A DNA stretch of 32,643 nucleotides, taken from IMG/VR virus record IMGVR_UViG_3300017548_000008, positions 1 to 32,643 of that record, one strand, 5' to 3'. The stretch comes from a virus. Its lineage: Duplodnaviria; Caudoviricetes. The translations under genes and the position numbers were made by a program. Of this stretch, positions 15,847 through 24,353 are shown piece by piece. Below the pieces are notes generated by a model, which was not told where the DNA came from, ran no database searches, and saw only the letters and a list, made by a program, of their open reading frames with translations. The number at the start of each line of letters is the position of its first letter. Position 1 is the first letter of the stretch.

Positions 15847-16653
15847 ATGCCTATCAACCTTTCCTACGACAAAGAAGACGACATCCCCGAGGCCCATCGG
15901 GAACTGTTCACCGAAAAGGACGGCAAGTGGTTGCTGACCGGCGTGGTGGGCATGAAGACCCAGGCCGACATCGACCGGGTCAACGAGGCCCTGCGCAAGG
16001 AAAAGAACGATCACAAGGCCACCAAGGACAAATTCTCGGCGCTGGCCGACCTCGACATCGACGACGTGCTGGCCAAGCTGGACAAATACCCCGAGCTGGA
16101 GGCGGCGGCCGGAGGCAAGATCGACGAGGCCAAGCTCAATGAGCTGGTCGAGACGCGGCTTCGCACCAAGGTGGCCCCGATCGAGCGCCAACTGGCCCAG
16201 GCCAACCAAAAGCTGGCCGAGGCCACGAAGTCCATCGAGGGCTACCAGGCCAAGGAGCGGACCCGGGCCATCCACGATGCCGTGCGGTCAGCAGCCACCG
16301 CTGCAAAACTGCGCCCCGAGGCCATCGAGGACGCGCTGCTGTATGGTGAGCGCCTGTTCGACGTGGGCGAGGACGGCGTGGTGACGGCCAAGGACAACGT
16401 CGGTGTCACCCCGGGCATCGAACCCAGCGTGTGGCTCACCGAGATGCAGACGAAGCGACCCCACTGGTTCGGCGAGTCGGCGGGTGGCGGCGCGCGGGGT
16501 GGCAATGGCGGTGGTTCGGGCGGCAACAACCCCTGGTCCAAGGGCAGCTGGAACATGACCGAGCAGGGCCGGATCTATCGCGAAAGCCCGCAGCGCGCCG
16601 AGCAGCTGGCCAAGTCCGCTGGCACCACAATCGGTGGTCCGCAGCCGCAGTAA
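15847..16653 (+). CDS. Capsid scaffolding protein
   Basis: Coiled-coil, Gly-rich linker, NPW motif near the C-terminus; immediately upstream of the capsid gene. Confidence 0.8.
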   Translation: MPINLSYDKEDDIPEAHRELFTEKDGKWLLTGVVGMKTQADIDRVNEALRKEKNDHKATKDKFSALADLDIDDVLAKLDKYPELEAAAGGKIDEAKLNELVETRLRTKVAPIERQLAQANQKLAEATKSIEGYQAKERTRAIHDAVRSAATAAKLRPEAIEDALLYGERLFDVGEDGVVTAKDNVGVTPGIEPSVWLTEMQTKRPHWFGESAGGGARGGNGGGSGGNNPWSKGSWNMTEQGRIYRESPQRAEQLAKSAGTTIGGPQPQ

Positions 16654-16661
16654 CAATTTTG

Positions 16662-16713
16662 TTGTACACGGGCGGAAATTTGAGGTATATTCCGCCCTAA
16701 TCACAGTTTGTGA
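16662..16713 (+). promoter_or_regulatory. Putative capsid promoter with overlapping inverted repeats
   Basis: TTGTAC-18 bp-TATATT; GGGCGGAA/TTCCGCCC (16670-16697); TCACA-GTT-TGTGA (16701-16713). Confidence 0.5.
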
Positions 16714-16724
16714 CGTCCGTGCAG

Positions 16725-16842
16725 TGCCGCGCCATGGGGTTGCGGCAGGCCGGCTGGGCCCATGGGGTGCCTGGTGCGTAGGACGATCTTCACAAACCGG
16801 CATCACGGACCTGCCATGGGGTTGGGTCGCTGTGGTCCCCAT
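16725..16842 (+). repeat. Three hairpins capped by CC-AUGG-GGU in the capsid leader
   Basis: CCATGGGGT at 16732, 16760 and 16814, each on a different basal stem. Confidence 0.65.
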
Positions 16843-16881
16843 ACTCAGTTTCCAACCCGTCGCCTCATCGAGGAGAAAAAC

Positions 16882-17994
16882 ATGGCCGCTGGTCCGAACA
16901 CCCAGGTCTCCGACGTCGTCGTCCCCGAGATCTTCACCCCCTACGTCCAACAGATCACCGAAGAAAAATCCCGTCTGGTGCAGTCCGGGGCCCTGGCCCG
17001 CAACACCCTGCTGGACAACTTCCTCGCCGGCGGCGGCCTGACGGTCAACGTGCCGTCGTGGCGTGACCTCGACAACGACGAGGAAAATCTGTCGTCCGAC
17101 GACCCCGCCGACACCTTCAAGCGTGACACCGGCGACGATGGCTACATCGACACGGGCCGCACCGATTCGATCCCCAAGAAGATCGGCTCGGCGACCGAAA
17201 TCGCCGTGCGCCTGTCGCGCAACCAATCGTGGGGCACCTCGGACCTGGCCGCCGACCTGGCCGGCTCGGACCCGATGAACGCCATCGCCAATCGCGTGGG
17301 CGCCTACTGGGCGCGTCGCCGCCAAGCCGCCTTCGTGGCGACCATGGCCGGCATCTTCGCGAACAACGCCACCACGACCGACGCCTACCACGTGCAAAAC
17401 GACATGTCGGTGGACATCAGCGGTAGCGCCTACACCCCGGGCGTGACCGACTTCTCGGCCGAGGCCTTCCTCGACGCCGCCCTGACCATGGGCGATTCGA
17501 TGGACGATCTGGGCCTGGTCATGATGCACTCGGTGGTTTACAACCGTGCGCTGAAGAACAACCTGATCGACTTCATCCCCGACTCGACGAACACCAACGC
17601 GCAACCGAACGCCGTGCCGGGTCGCGGCACCGGCATCCCCACGTTCCTGGGCCGCCTGGTCATCGTCGACGATGGCATGCCCAACACCAGCGGCGTGTTC
17701 CAAACGTGGCTGTTCGGCTCGGGTGCCGTGGCCTACGGCGTGGGTGCCCCGAAGGTGCCGACCGAGGTCGAACGCCACGCGGCGGCCGGCAACGGTGGCG
17801 GCCAGGAGGTGCTGTACAACCGTGTCGAATGGGTTCTGCACCCGGTCGGCCACGCGTACATCGGCACGCCTCCGAACTCGGGTCCGGGCAACAGCTCCAG
17901 CGCCAACGGCCTGGCGGCTGCCAGCTCGTGGCGCCGGGTCTACAGCGAACGCAAGCAGATCAAGATCGCGCGTCTCATTACGCGTGAATTCTGA
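16882..17994 (+). CDS. Major capsid protein, 370 aa
   Basis: GAGGAG SD; MAAGPNTQVSDVVVPEIF, GRLVIVDDGMP, NGGGQE motifs; strong codon bias; followed by a terminator. Confidence 0.92.
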   Translation: MAAGPNTQVSDVVVPEIFTPYVQQITEEKSRLVQSGALARNTLLDNFLAGGGLTVNVPSWRDLDNDEENLSSDDPADTFKRDTGDDGYIDTGRTDSIPKKIGSATEIAVRLSRNQSWGTSDLAADLAGSDPMNAIANRVGAYWARRRQAAFVATMAGIFANNATTTDAYHVQNDMSVDISGSAYTPGVTDFSAEAFLDAALTMGDSMDDLGLVMMHSVVYNRALKNNLIDFIPDSTNTNAQPNAVPGRGTGIPTFLGRLVIVDDGMPNTSGVFQTWLFGSGAVAYGVGAPKVPTEVERHAAAGNGGGQEVLYNRVEWVLHPVGHAYIGTPPNSGPGNSSSANGLAAASSWRRVYSERKQIKIARLITREF

Positions 17995-18039
17995 TCGTGA
18001 TGCGGCTCCGCTGAGCTAACGCGGCACAGACCGTAGGAC

Positions 18040-18078
18040 ACGGGGCCGGTTGACAACAACCGAGCCCCGTTTTTCTTT
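18040..18078 (+). terminator. Intrinsic terminator after the capsid gene
   Basis: ACGGGGC-CGGTTG-ACAA-CAACCG-A-GCCCCGT-TTTTCTTT. Confidence 0.85.
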
Positions 18079-18098
18079 GAATAGGCAAAGGACCCATC

Positions 18099-18842
18099 AT
18101 GGCACGCTACCTGCGCGCGCGGTACGTTCGTCACCGCCACTTCAACCGTATTCGCCACTCCACCGCCTTCAAGGGCTTCCTGGCCGAGCAGGCCGACCGC
18201 CTCGAATCCACCGAGGAGGACGTGTTCGACCTCATGAAGCAAGGCTACACGGCCGATCAGATCCGGGGTCTGGAGGACATGCCCGCGGCCCCGGCCAACA
18301 CCGTGGCGCCCAGCATCAGCGGCACCCCGACCGTGGGCGAAGAGCTCTCGGCCGCCAATGGCACGTGGACCGGCTACCCGGCCCCTGGCTATTCCTATCA
18401 GTGGAATCGTGATGACGTGGCCATCGACGGCGCCACCGCGGCCGATTACACCCTGATCGGTGCCGACGAGGGCACGAACATCACCGTCACGGTGACGGCC
18501 TCCAACAGCGTGGGCAGCGCCTCCGAAACCTCGGATCCTGTGGGTCCGGTGGCGCCGGCCCCTGTGGCGCCGGTCAACACCGCGGCCCCTGTGATTTCTG
18601 GCACGCCCACCGTCGGCCAGGAGCTGAGTTGCACTACCGGCACCTGGACTGGCAACCCCACGCCAACCTATGCCTATGAGTGGCAGGCCGACGGGACCCC
18701 GATCGCCGGTGCCACCTCGTCGACCTACACCCTGCAGGCCGCCGAAGAGGGAACCACCATCACCTGCGAGGTGACCGCCACGAACTCGGCCGGTTCCGCC
18801 TCCGAGGTGTCTAACAGCCTGGGTCCCGTGGCCGCGGCCTAA
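18099..18842 (+). CDS. Virion protein with two tandem Ig-like domains (probable head decoration)
   Basis: Two repeats of P.NT.AP.ISGTPTVG.ELS...GTWTG.P.P.Y.Y.W...G..I..VTA.NS.GS. Confidence 0.75.
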   Translation: MARYLRARYVRHRHFNRIRHSTAFKGFLAEQADRLESTEEDVFDLMKQGYTADQIRGLEDMPAAPANTVAPSISGTPTVGEELSAANGTWTGYPAPGYSYQWNRDDVAIDGATAADYTLIGADEGTNITVTVTASNSVGSASETSDPVGPVAPAPVAPVNTAAPVISGTPTVGQELSCTTGTWTGNPTPTYAYEWQADGTPIAGATSSTYTLQAAEEGTTITCEVTATNSAGSASEVSNSLGPVAAA

Positions 18843-18875
18843 GACCTGATTGCCTTTATCAACCGGGAGAATATC

Positions 18876-19586
18876 ATGACCCTCACCAAGAAGCAACAGA
18901 ACAAGGTGCTCGCCACCCTGGATCAACTGGATCACGACAACGACGAGCACTGGAACAAGGATGGCTCGCCCACCGTCTCCGTGGTCGCCGAACTGGCGGC
19001 CTTGCCGCAACTGACCAAGGCCGACATTCACGACATCGCTCCCGACTTCAAGCGCGCGGTGCAGGAGCCCAAGACCGAGCAGTCGCAAGACAACGCCAAC
19101 GGCGACGCCGCGCAAGGCAATGCGCCGACCAATCCCGAGCAGGACCAAGATCCCGAGCAGGACCAAGATCCCGAGCAGGACCAAGATCCCGAGCAGGACC
19201 AAGATCCCGAGCAGGACCGTGAACTCACCGAGTTGGAACGCGTCGAGCGGCAGCTGGCAGCGGCCCGCGATTTGCTGGACAACGCCATCAGCAATGTGAC
19301 CAAGGCCCAGCTGGAGCAGCAACGTTGCCAGAACATCGTGCACCATTTGGAACTCCGGCTGTCGCGCATGACCCACGCGCATCGCGACACGTCGGCCGCC
19401 ACGGTGGCAGGCTATCTGCAGTCGCAGCAACGTGTCCGCGCCGAACAAGAGGCGCAGTACGCCCGCATGAAGGAAGAAGGGAAAATCGGCAAGCCGCGCA
19501 GCCAACTGGACAAGGCCATGGCACGTCGCCAGGGCTACGGCCACCAGCGCATGGTCATGCCGCCGCTGTTTGCCGGTAAGAAATAA
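18876..19586 (+). CDS. Hypothetical head-region protein with PEQDQD repeats and a coiled coil
   Basis: GGAG SD; LD.LD..NDEHW.KDG.P N-terminus. Confidence 0.75.
   Translation: MTLTKKQQNKVLATLDQLDHDNDEHWNKDGSPTVSVVAELAALPQLTKADIHDIAPDFKRAVQEPKTEQSQDNANGDAAQGNAPTNPEQDQDPEQDQDPEQDQDPEQDQDPEQDRELTELERVERQLAAARDLLDNAISNVTKAQLEQQRCQNIVHHLELRLSRMTHAHRDTSAATVAGYLQSQQRVRAEQEAQYARMKEEGKIGKPRSQLDKAMARRQGYGHQRMVMPPLFAGKK
19132..19218 (+). repeat. Perfect 18-bp tandem repeat, 4.8 copies
   Basis: Unit ATCCCGAGCAGGACCAAG at 19132, 19150, 19168, 19186 and partial at 19204. Confidence 0.95.
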
Positions 19587-19596
19587 GGAGCCTGTA

Positions 19597-19956
19597 ATGG
19601 CGACCAAAGATCAACTCCTATGGCTGAGGGCGACGCAGCGGGCGCGGAATACCCGCGAGAACTTCGCTGCCTTTCGCACTCTCATCGAGACCCCGGGGTC
19701 GTTGACGACCGGTGTCGTGATGCCGGCGAATTCCCGGTTGGGCGTTTCGGCATCTGTCGACGTCGATCCTGGGGCCCTTCTGGTGGCGGTCAATGGGGTC
19801 GATCATGGCGTCAATGGTGGTCCGGCTGACATGGTGTTCATGCTGGGCTATGTCGAAAAGGCGCGGACGATCACACTCGGTCCTGGCGCGGTGGGCGATG
19901 TCAGCCTGTACGTGCTGGATGGGTGGAATCGTCCGTACCTGATCGCGACGACCTAG
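19597..19956 (+). CDS. Putative virion structural protein
   Basis: TAAGGAG SD; located in the head-neck cluster. Confidence 0.7.
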   Translation: MATKDQLLWLRATQRARNTRENFAAFRTLIETPGSLTTGVVMPANSRLGVSASVDVDPGALLVAVNGVDHGVNGGPADMVFMLGYVEKARTITLGPGAVGDVSLYVLDGWNRPYLIATT

Positions 19957-19968
19957 GAATAGAAGATC

Positions 19969-20883
19969 ATGCTCATCGTCGAAGACGGTACTGGCCTGCC
20001 CGATGCAAATTCGTACGTCAGCCTTGAGTACGCGGCCCGCTATTTCGGCCTTCAGGGCAACGATGCGTGGTTCGGTGGCGAGCCCACCCCGGCCACGGGT
20101 ACCCTGACGTTTGCCTCCATCCCGACGTCGGGCGACACTGTGACTCTGGGCGGTGTGGTCTACAAATTTGTGGAGGCCTTGTCTGACCCGGCTGTGGCCA
20201 ACGAGGTTGTGATCGGTGACAGTGAAATCGATGCACGCGACCATCTGATTGCGGCCATCAACCAGGAATCAGGCCGAGGTACCACATACTCGACCCCGAC
20301 CACAAGGAACTACTGGGCCCAGGCCTCGGTCGACGGCCCCAACAGCATTCTGGCCACGGCTGTGGCGCCAGGGCCCACCGGCAGCGATATCACAACGTCT
20401 GCCACGGGCCAGGGATCGTGGGCCAACGCCACCCTGACCGGCGGTTCACAAACCATCAGCCAGGCGGCCCAGGAGAGTGCCCTTATCACGGCCACGGCCT
20501 ATGTGGACGCTAGGTTTGGTACCAGGTTTCGGGGCTGGCCGGTCTCGGATGACCAGGCCCTGGCCTTCCCGCGTACCGGGATTGCCTCAGGATGCTCCCA
20601 GGGTAAATCTATGCCTCCCAGGCTATTGATGGCTACAGCCGAGTACGCCGTGCGCGCTCTGGCTGGTCCCCTGGCGCCCGATCCTGTGTCCGATCCGTCA
20701 GGCTACGCCATCCGCCGCCGTCGTCGGAAGCTCGGGCCGATCGAGAATGAGTGGGAGTTTGCCACGGGCGAGAACGGGGCCTCAGGGCCGTCCCTGTGGC
20801 AGTCGTACCCCATCCCGGACGCCCTGCTGTCCTGCATGGTCAGCAGCATGGGTGCCAACCAAAGTCGTGTGATCCGGAGTTGA
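19969..20883 (+). CDS. Head-tail adaptor (DnaT-like family) with an inserted domain
   Basis: MLIVEDGTGLPDANSYVS and QALAFPR motifs, separated by about 125 extra residues. Confidence 0.8.
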   Translation: MLIVEDGTGLPDANSYVSLEYAARYFGLQGNDAWFGGEPTPATGTLTFASIPTSGDTVTLGGVVYKFVEALSDPAVANEVVIGDSEIDARDHLIAAINQESGRGTTYSTPTTRNYWAQASVDGPNSILATAVAPGPTGSDITTSATGQGSWANATLTGGSQTISQAAQESALITATAYVDARFGTRFRGWPVSDDQALAFPRTGIASGCSQGKSMPPRLLMATAEYAVRALAGPLAPDPVSDPSGYAIRRRRRKLGPIENEWEFATGENGASGPSLWQSYPIPDALLSCMVSSMGANQSRVIRS

Positions 20884-20885
20884 TC

Positions 20886-21284
20886 ATGGCGTACGATTAC
20901 ACCGACGATCAGGCCTTCGGGGTGGCAGAGATCGCAGAATATGGCCGGCAGGTTGTGATACAACGCTATTCGGATCAGCCGACCGATTCCAACGCCCCGT
21001 GGGATGGCAAGGGGCCGGCTAACCAACCGGACCAGGCCATTCCCACAATGATGGTCTTTGTGCCGCCGTCGTCTGCCACCGCCCTGGGGTTGCGTGGGGT
21101 CGACGAGGCATTGCTGAAGCGGTTTGAGCAGATCGCCATCTGCCCGCACCCGCCTGGGTCAACGGACGATCTGCGAGAGTTTGACATGATTCTGGACGGA
21201 GGGCAACTATGGCGCATCATATGGTCTGAGACCCTGCGTCCCGGACCAGTAAATGTTCTTTACTTCTTCGGGGTGATGCGATGA
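20886..21284 (+). CDS. Head closure/stopper protein (putative)
   Basis: Synteny; I.EYGR.V N-terminus; GGAG SD. Confidence 0.65.
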   Translation: MAYDYTDDQAFGVAEIAEYGRQVVIQRYSDQPTDSNAPWDGKGPANQPDQAIPTMMVFVPPSSATALGLRGVDEALLKRFEQIAICPHPPGSTDDLREFDMILDGGQLWRIIWSETLRPGPVNVLYFFGVMR

Positions 21285-21700
21285 CCGCCACATTCCGACA
21301 GGCGCAGCAGGACATTATGGCCCTGGTGAACCAGGTGGGTGTTGACAACAGCATCAAGATCGTCTACGAAAACACCAAGGACCAGGTGCCGACCGGCAAC
21401 GTCCCCTGGGCCAAGGTCGAGCTTCGCCATTTCGATGGGGGCCAGGCCAGTCTTGCGAACCACGCCGGCAAACGTCGGTGGCGGCGCGATGGGGTGCTTT
21501 GGATTCTGCTCCGCGTACCGATTGGTGGTGGGCTTGCAATGGGATACGAAATTGGCCAGCTCTTCGTCAACGCCATTCAGGCCACTGCCACCGACCACTG
21601 CGTGTGGTTCAGAAACGTGCGGTTGAATGAGGTGGGTCCCGACGGGGCCTGGTATCAGATGAACGTCCTCGCCAATTTCGAATACGACCAGGTTGTTTAA
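21281..21700 (+). CDS. Tail terminator protein (putative)
   Basis: Directly upstream of the tail tube gene; PWA.V...H, WYQ.NV...FEYD pattern. Confidence 0.7.
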   Translation: MTATFRQAQQDIMALVNQVGVDNSIKIVYENTKDQVPTGNVPWAKVELRHFDGGQASLANHAGKRRWRRDGVLWILLRVPIGGGLAMGYEIGQLFVNAIQATATDHCVWFRNVRLNEVGPDGAWYQMNVLANFEYDQVV

Positions 21701-21718
21701 ATTTTCAAGGAGCCAGTA

Positions 21719-23047
21719 ATGGTCTGCCAAACTCAAAAAATCGACTCGAACATCGTCGGTCTTCGCTTTGCCGAGGAAGAGTGCATCGGGGAACTGCCCC
21801 AGACCGGGGTGGTGTGGAACCCCCTGGAGCCGAACTCGTACGCCGACTTCGGCGGTGAGGTGACGACTGTCGCCCGTAATCCGATCAACCCGTCGCGACA
21901 ACGCCAAAAGGGCGTGGTGGTCGACCTCGATGCATCAGGCGGGTTCAACCAGGACTTGACCCATGCGAATGCCCAACAATTGATGCAGGGTTTCCTATTC
22001 GCTGACTTCCGCGAGAAGGGTACCGACACGCCCGCGGATTACGTGATCGACGCGGCGTCGGGCGACCTCACCGTCACCGTTACGGGCAATTTTGCCACGA
22101 TCGAAAGCACCACGCTGGACTTCACCACCCTGGGTCTGACCCCGGGTGAGTGGATCTTCGTCGGTGGCGACACGACCGCGCAGCAGTTCGCCAACGAGGA
22201 GAACAACGGCTTCAAGCGCGTGCGCAGCATCACCGAGAATGCCCTCGTCATCGACAAGAGCGAGGTGGCCATGGTCGCCGATGCCGGCACCGGCAAGACC
22301 ATCCGTCTGTATCTCGGTCGGGTACTGAAGAACGAATCGGACCCGTCCCTGATCAAGCGTCGCACCTACCAGCTGGAGCGGACGCTGGGTTCGCTCGACG
22401 GTCTGGATCCCCCGCAATCGGAATATCTCGTCGGTGCCGTGCCCAGCGAGCTGGTCATCAACGTGGCCCAGGCCTCCATCGTGACGGCCGATTATTCGTT
22501 CGTCGCCGTCGATGCCGAGCAACGTACCCAGGCGCAGGGGCTCAAGACCGGCACCCGCCCCGCCCTGGTCTCCGACGACGCCTTTAACAGCACGTCTGAC
22601 CTGGCCCGTATCCGCCTGGCGCTGGCTGGTACCGCCGAGGAGGCGCCCGACCCGCTGTTCGGCTTCGCCACGGAAATGACCATCACGATCAACAACACCC
22701 TGTCGGCCAACAAGGCCCTGGGCAAGCTTGGTGCCTTCGACGTGACCGCGGGCAACTTGATCGTCAGCGGTACGCTGTCTGTTTACTTCAGCGATATCCG
22801 CGCCGTCCAGGCTGTGCGCAACAACGCGGACATCACGCTCGATATGGCCTTCGTCAAGGACAACAAGGGCATCGTGATCGACATGCCGCTGATTGCCCTG
22901 GGCGATGGCCGCCCCACCGTGGAACTGGATCAACCGATCATGCTGCCCCTCACGGCCGACGCTGCCGCGGGCGCCAAAATCGATCCGGCCCTGAACCATA
23001 CCATCCTGTTCACCTTCTTCGACCAGCTGCCTGATCTGGCGGCGTAA
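21719..23047 (+). CDS. Major tail tube protein
   Basis: KIDSNIVGLRFAEE, W..LEPNSY.DFGG; AAGGAG SD; upstream of the chaperones. Confidence 0.85.
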   Translation: MVCQTQKIDSNIVGLRFAEEECIGELPQTGVVWNPLEPNSYADFGGEVTTVARNPINPSRQRQKGVVVDLDASGGFNQDLTHANAQQLMQGFLFADFREKGTDTPADYVIDAASGDLTVTVTGNFATIESTTLDFTTLGLTPGEWIFVGGDTTAQQFANEENNGFKRVRSITENALVIDKSEVAMVADAGTGKTIRLYLGRVLKNESDPSLIKRRTYQLERTLGSLDGLDPPQSEYLVGAVPSELVINVAQASIVTADYSFVAVDAEQRTQAQGLKTGTRPALVSDDAFNSTSDLARIRLALAGTAEEAPDPLFGFATEMTITINNTLSANKALGKLGAFDVTAGNLIVSGTLSVYFSDIRAVQAVRNNADITLDMAFVKDNKGIVIDMPLIALGDGRPTVELDQPIMLPLTADAAAGAKIDPALNHTILFTFFDQLPDLAA

Positions 23048-23083
23048 CCCAAGCAGTTCTACTACATATAAATGGAGTTTGCC

Positions 23084-23524
23084 ATGAGCATGTACAAGCA
23101 ATTCAAGACCGACACCGATCTGGAAAAGCAGGGGATCGTACTCGACTACGGCACCTTTCGTGTCCGTGTCGCCCGCATGGGCGGCTCGAATAAGAAGTTC
23201 GTCGCTCAGTTGGAACAACGCACGAAACCGCTGCGTCGTGCCATCCAGGCTGACACGGTCGATCGCACCAAGTTGATCGACGTCGTTCGCGAAGTCTTCG
23301 TCGACACCGTGATCCTGGACTGGGAGACGAATGTCGGCACGGAAAAATCCCCGGACTGGAAGCAAGGCGTCGAGGCCGAGGATGGAAGCCTGCTGGAATT
23401 CAACCGGGAAAATGTACTGGATGCTCTGCGCAACCTCCCTGACCTGTATGACGATCTGCAAGAGCAGGCCGGCAAGGCTGCCCTGTTCCGCGCGGCTGCC
23501 CTGGAGGACGAGGCAAAAAACTGA
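23084..23524 (+). CDS. Tail assembly chaperone (lambda gpG-like)
   Basis: Between tail tube and tape measure; ends in slippery A AAA AAC TGA. Confidence 0.85.
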   Translation: MSMYKQFKTDTDLEKQGIVLDYGTFRVRVARMGGSNKKFVAQLEQRTKPLRRAIQADTVDRTKLIDVVREVFVDTVILDWETNVGTEKSPDWKQGVEAEDGSLLEFNRENVLDALRNLPDLYDDLQEQAGKAALFRAAALEDEAKN

Positions 23525-23913
23525 TTGAGGTCATGCTCTACGTGTTGGAGCAGGGACCTACTGAACAGACGTTGCTTGAGATGTGCATGAGGGAGCGGCG
23601 TCCATTGCCGGCTGTAATTCAGAATGCCCCAGAGCTTCTACCAGGTCTTGAGTTGTACTACGGTGCGTATCTTGATTTGCAGAGTCACAGGCAATCTGGA
23701 ATGGAGGAGGGGCCGATTCCCCACCTCGTGGTAATGGACTACGCCGACCGATACAATTTTAGCGAAGATCAACGAGACGACCTGCTGTTCTTTGTGAAGA
23801 AAATGGATGCCACTTACTTTGAGTGGCGCCAGGAAAACAGAAGGCGTCGAGGCAACACCGGGAAAACTCAGGGCGCATCCAAACAATCAACACGTACGCG
23901 GACAAAGAGGTGA
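23521..23913 (+). CDS. C-terminal part of the -1 frameshifted chaperone (gpGT-like)
   Basis: The -1 frame from 23521 (CTG ATT GAG GTC ATG) is continuous with ORF 23533-23913. Confidence 0.8.
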   Translation: MIEVMLYVLEQGPTEQTLLEMCMRERRPLPAVIQNAPELLPGLELYYGAYLDLQSHRQSGMEEGPIPHLVVMDYADRYNFSEDQRDDLLFFVKKMDATYFEWRQENRRRRGNTGKTQGASKQSTRTRTKR

Positions 23914-23917
23914 AATC

Positions 23918-24352
23918 ATGGCCACACTCGGTCAATTCGGCGACAACATGATCCGGCGAGGAGTCCGAGTGGAGGCCAATCTCAACCGTAGGGTTCGTCG
24001 CATCGCCCTGGCCATCCTCTCCGAGGTGGTCGTCCAAACTCCGGTTGATACTGGCCGGGCGCGTTCCAACTGGGTGGTCTCACTTGGTCATATGGCCGAG
24101 GAGCCACCCTTTCCACCCTATGCGCCAGGTGAAGACGGAAGCACAGCCTCCGCAAACTCGACTGCCGCCATTCAGCTTGGCATGGCCGCAATGTCTGACC
24201 GCGAGCCGGAACAAGACATCTTCATCACCAACAATCTGCCCTACATCGGCCGCCTGAACGAGGGTTATTCCCCACAGGCGCCGGCAAATTACATCCAGAA
24301 CGCAATCCAATTCGGCATCGCGGCTGGCAGCAACATTAAAGTGATTGACTGA
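23918..24352 (+). CDS. Tail completion/neck protein (HK97 gp10-like)
   Basis: TPVDTGRARSNW ... NNLPYI.RLN.G.S.QAP motif. Confidence 0.85.
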   Translation: MATLGQFGDNMIRRGVRVEANLNRRVRRIALAILSEVVVQTPVDTGRARSNWVVSLGHMAEEPPFPPYAPGEDGSTASANSTAAIQLGMAAMSDREPEQDIFITNNLPYIGRLNEGYSPQAPANYIQNAIQFGIAAGSNIKVID

Positions 24353-24353
24353 C

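Noticed and set aside
16762-16881. 40-aa N-terminal extension of the capsid protein
   Set aside because: The strong SD is at 16870-16875 and the upstream AUGs lie in hairpin loops without an SD
18008-18024. GCTGAGC loop after the capsid gene as a target of loop 9043-9054
   Set aside because: Only 7 nt of complementarity, expected by chance
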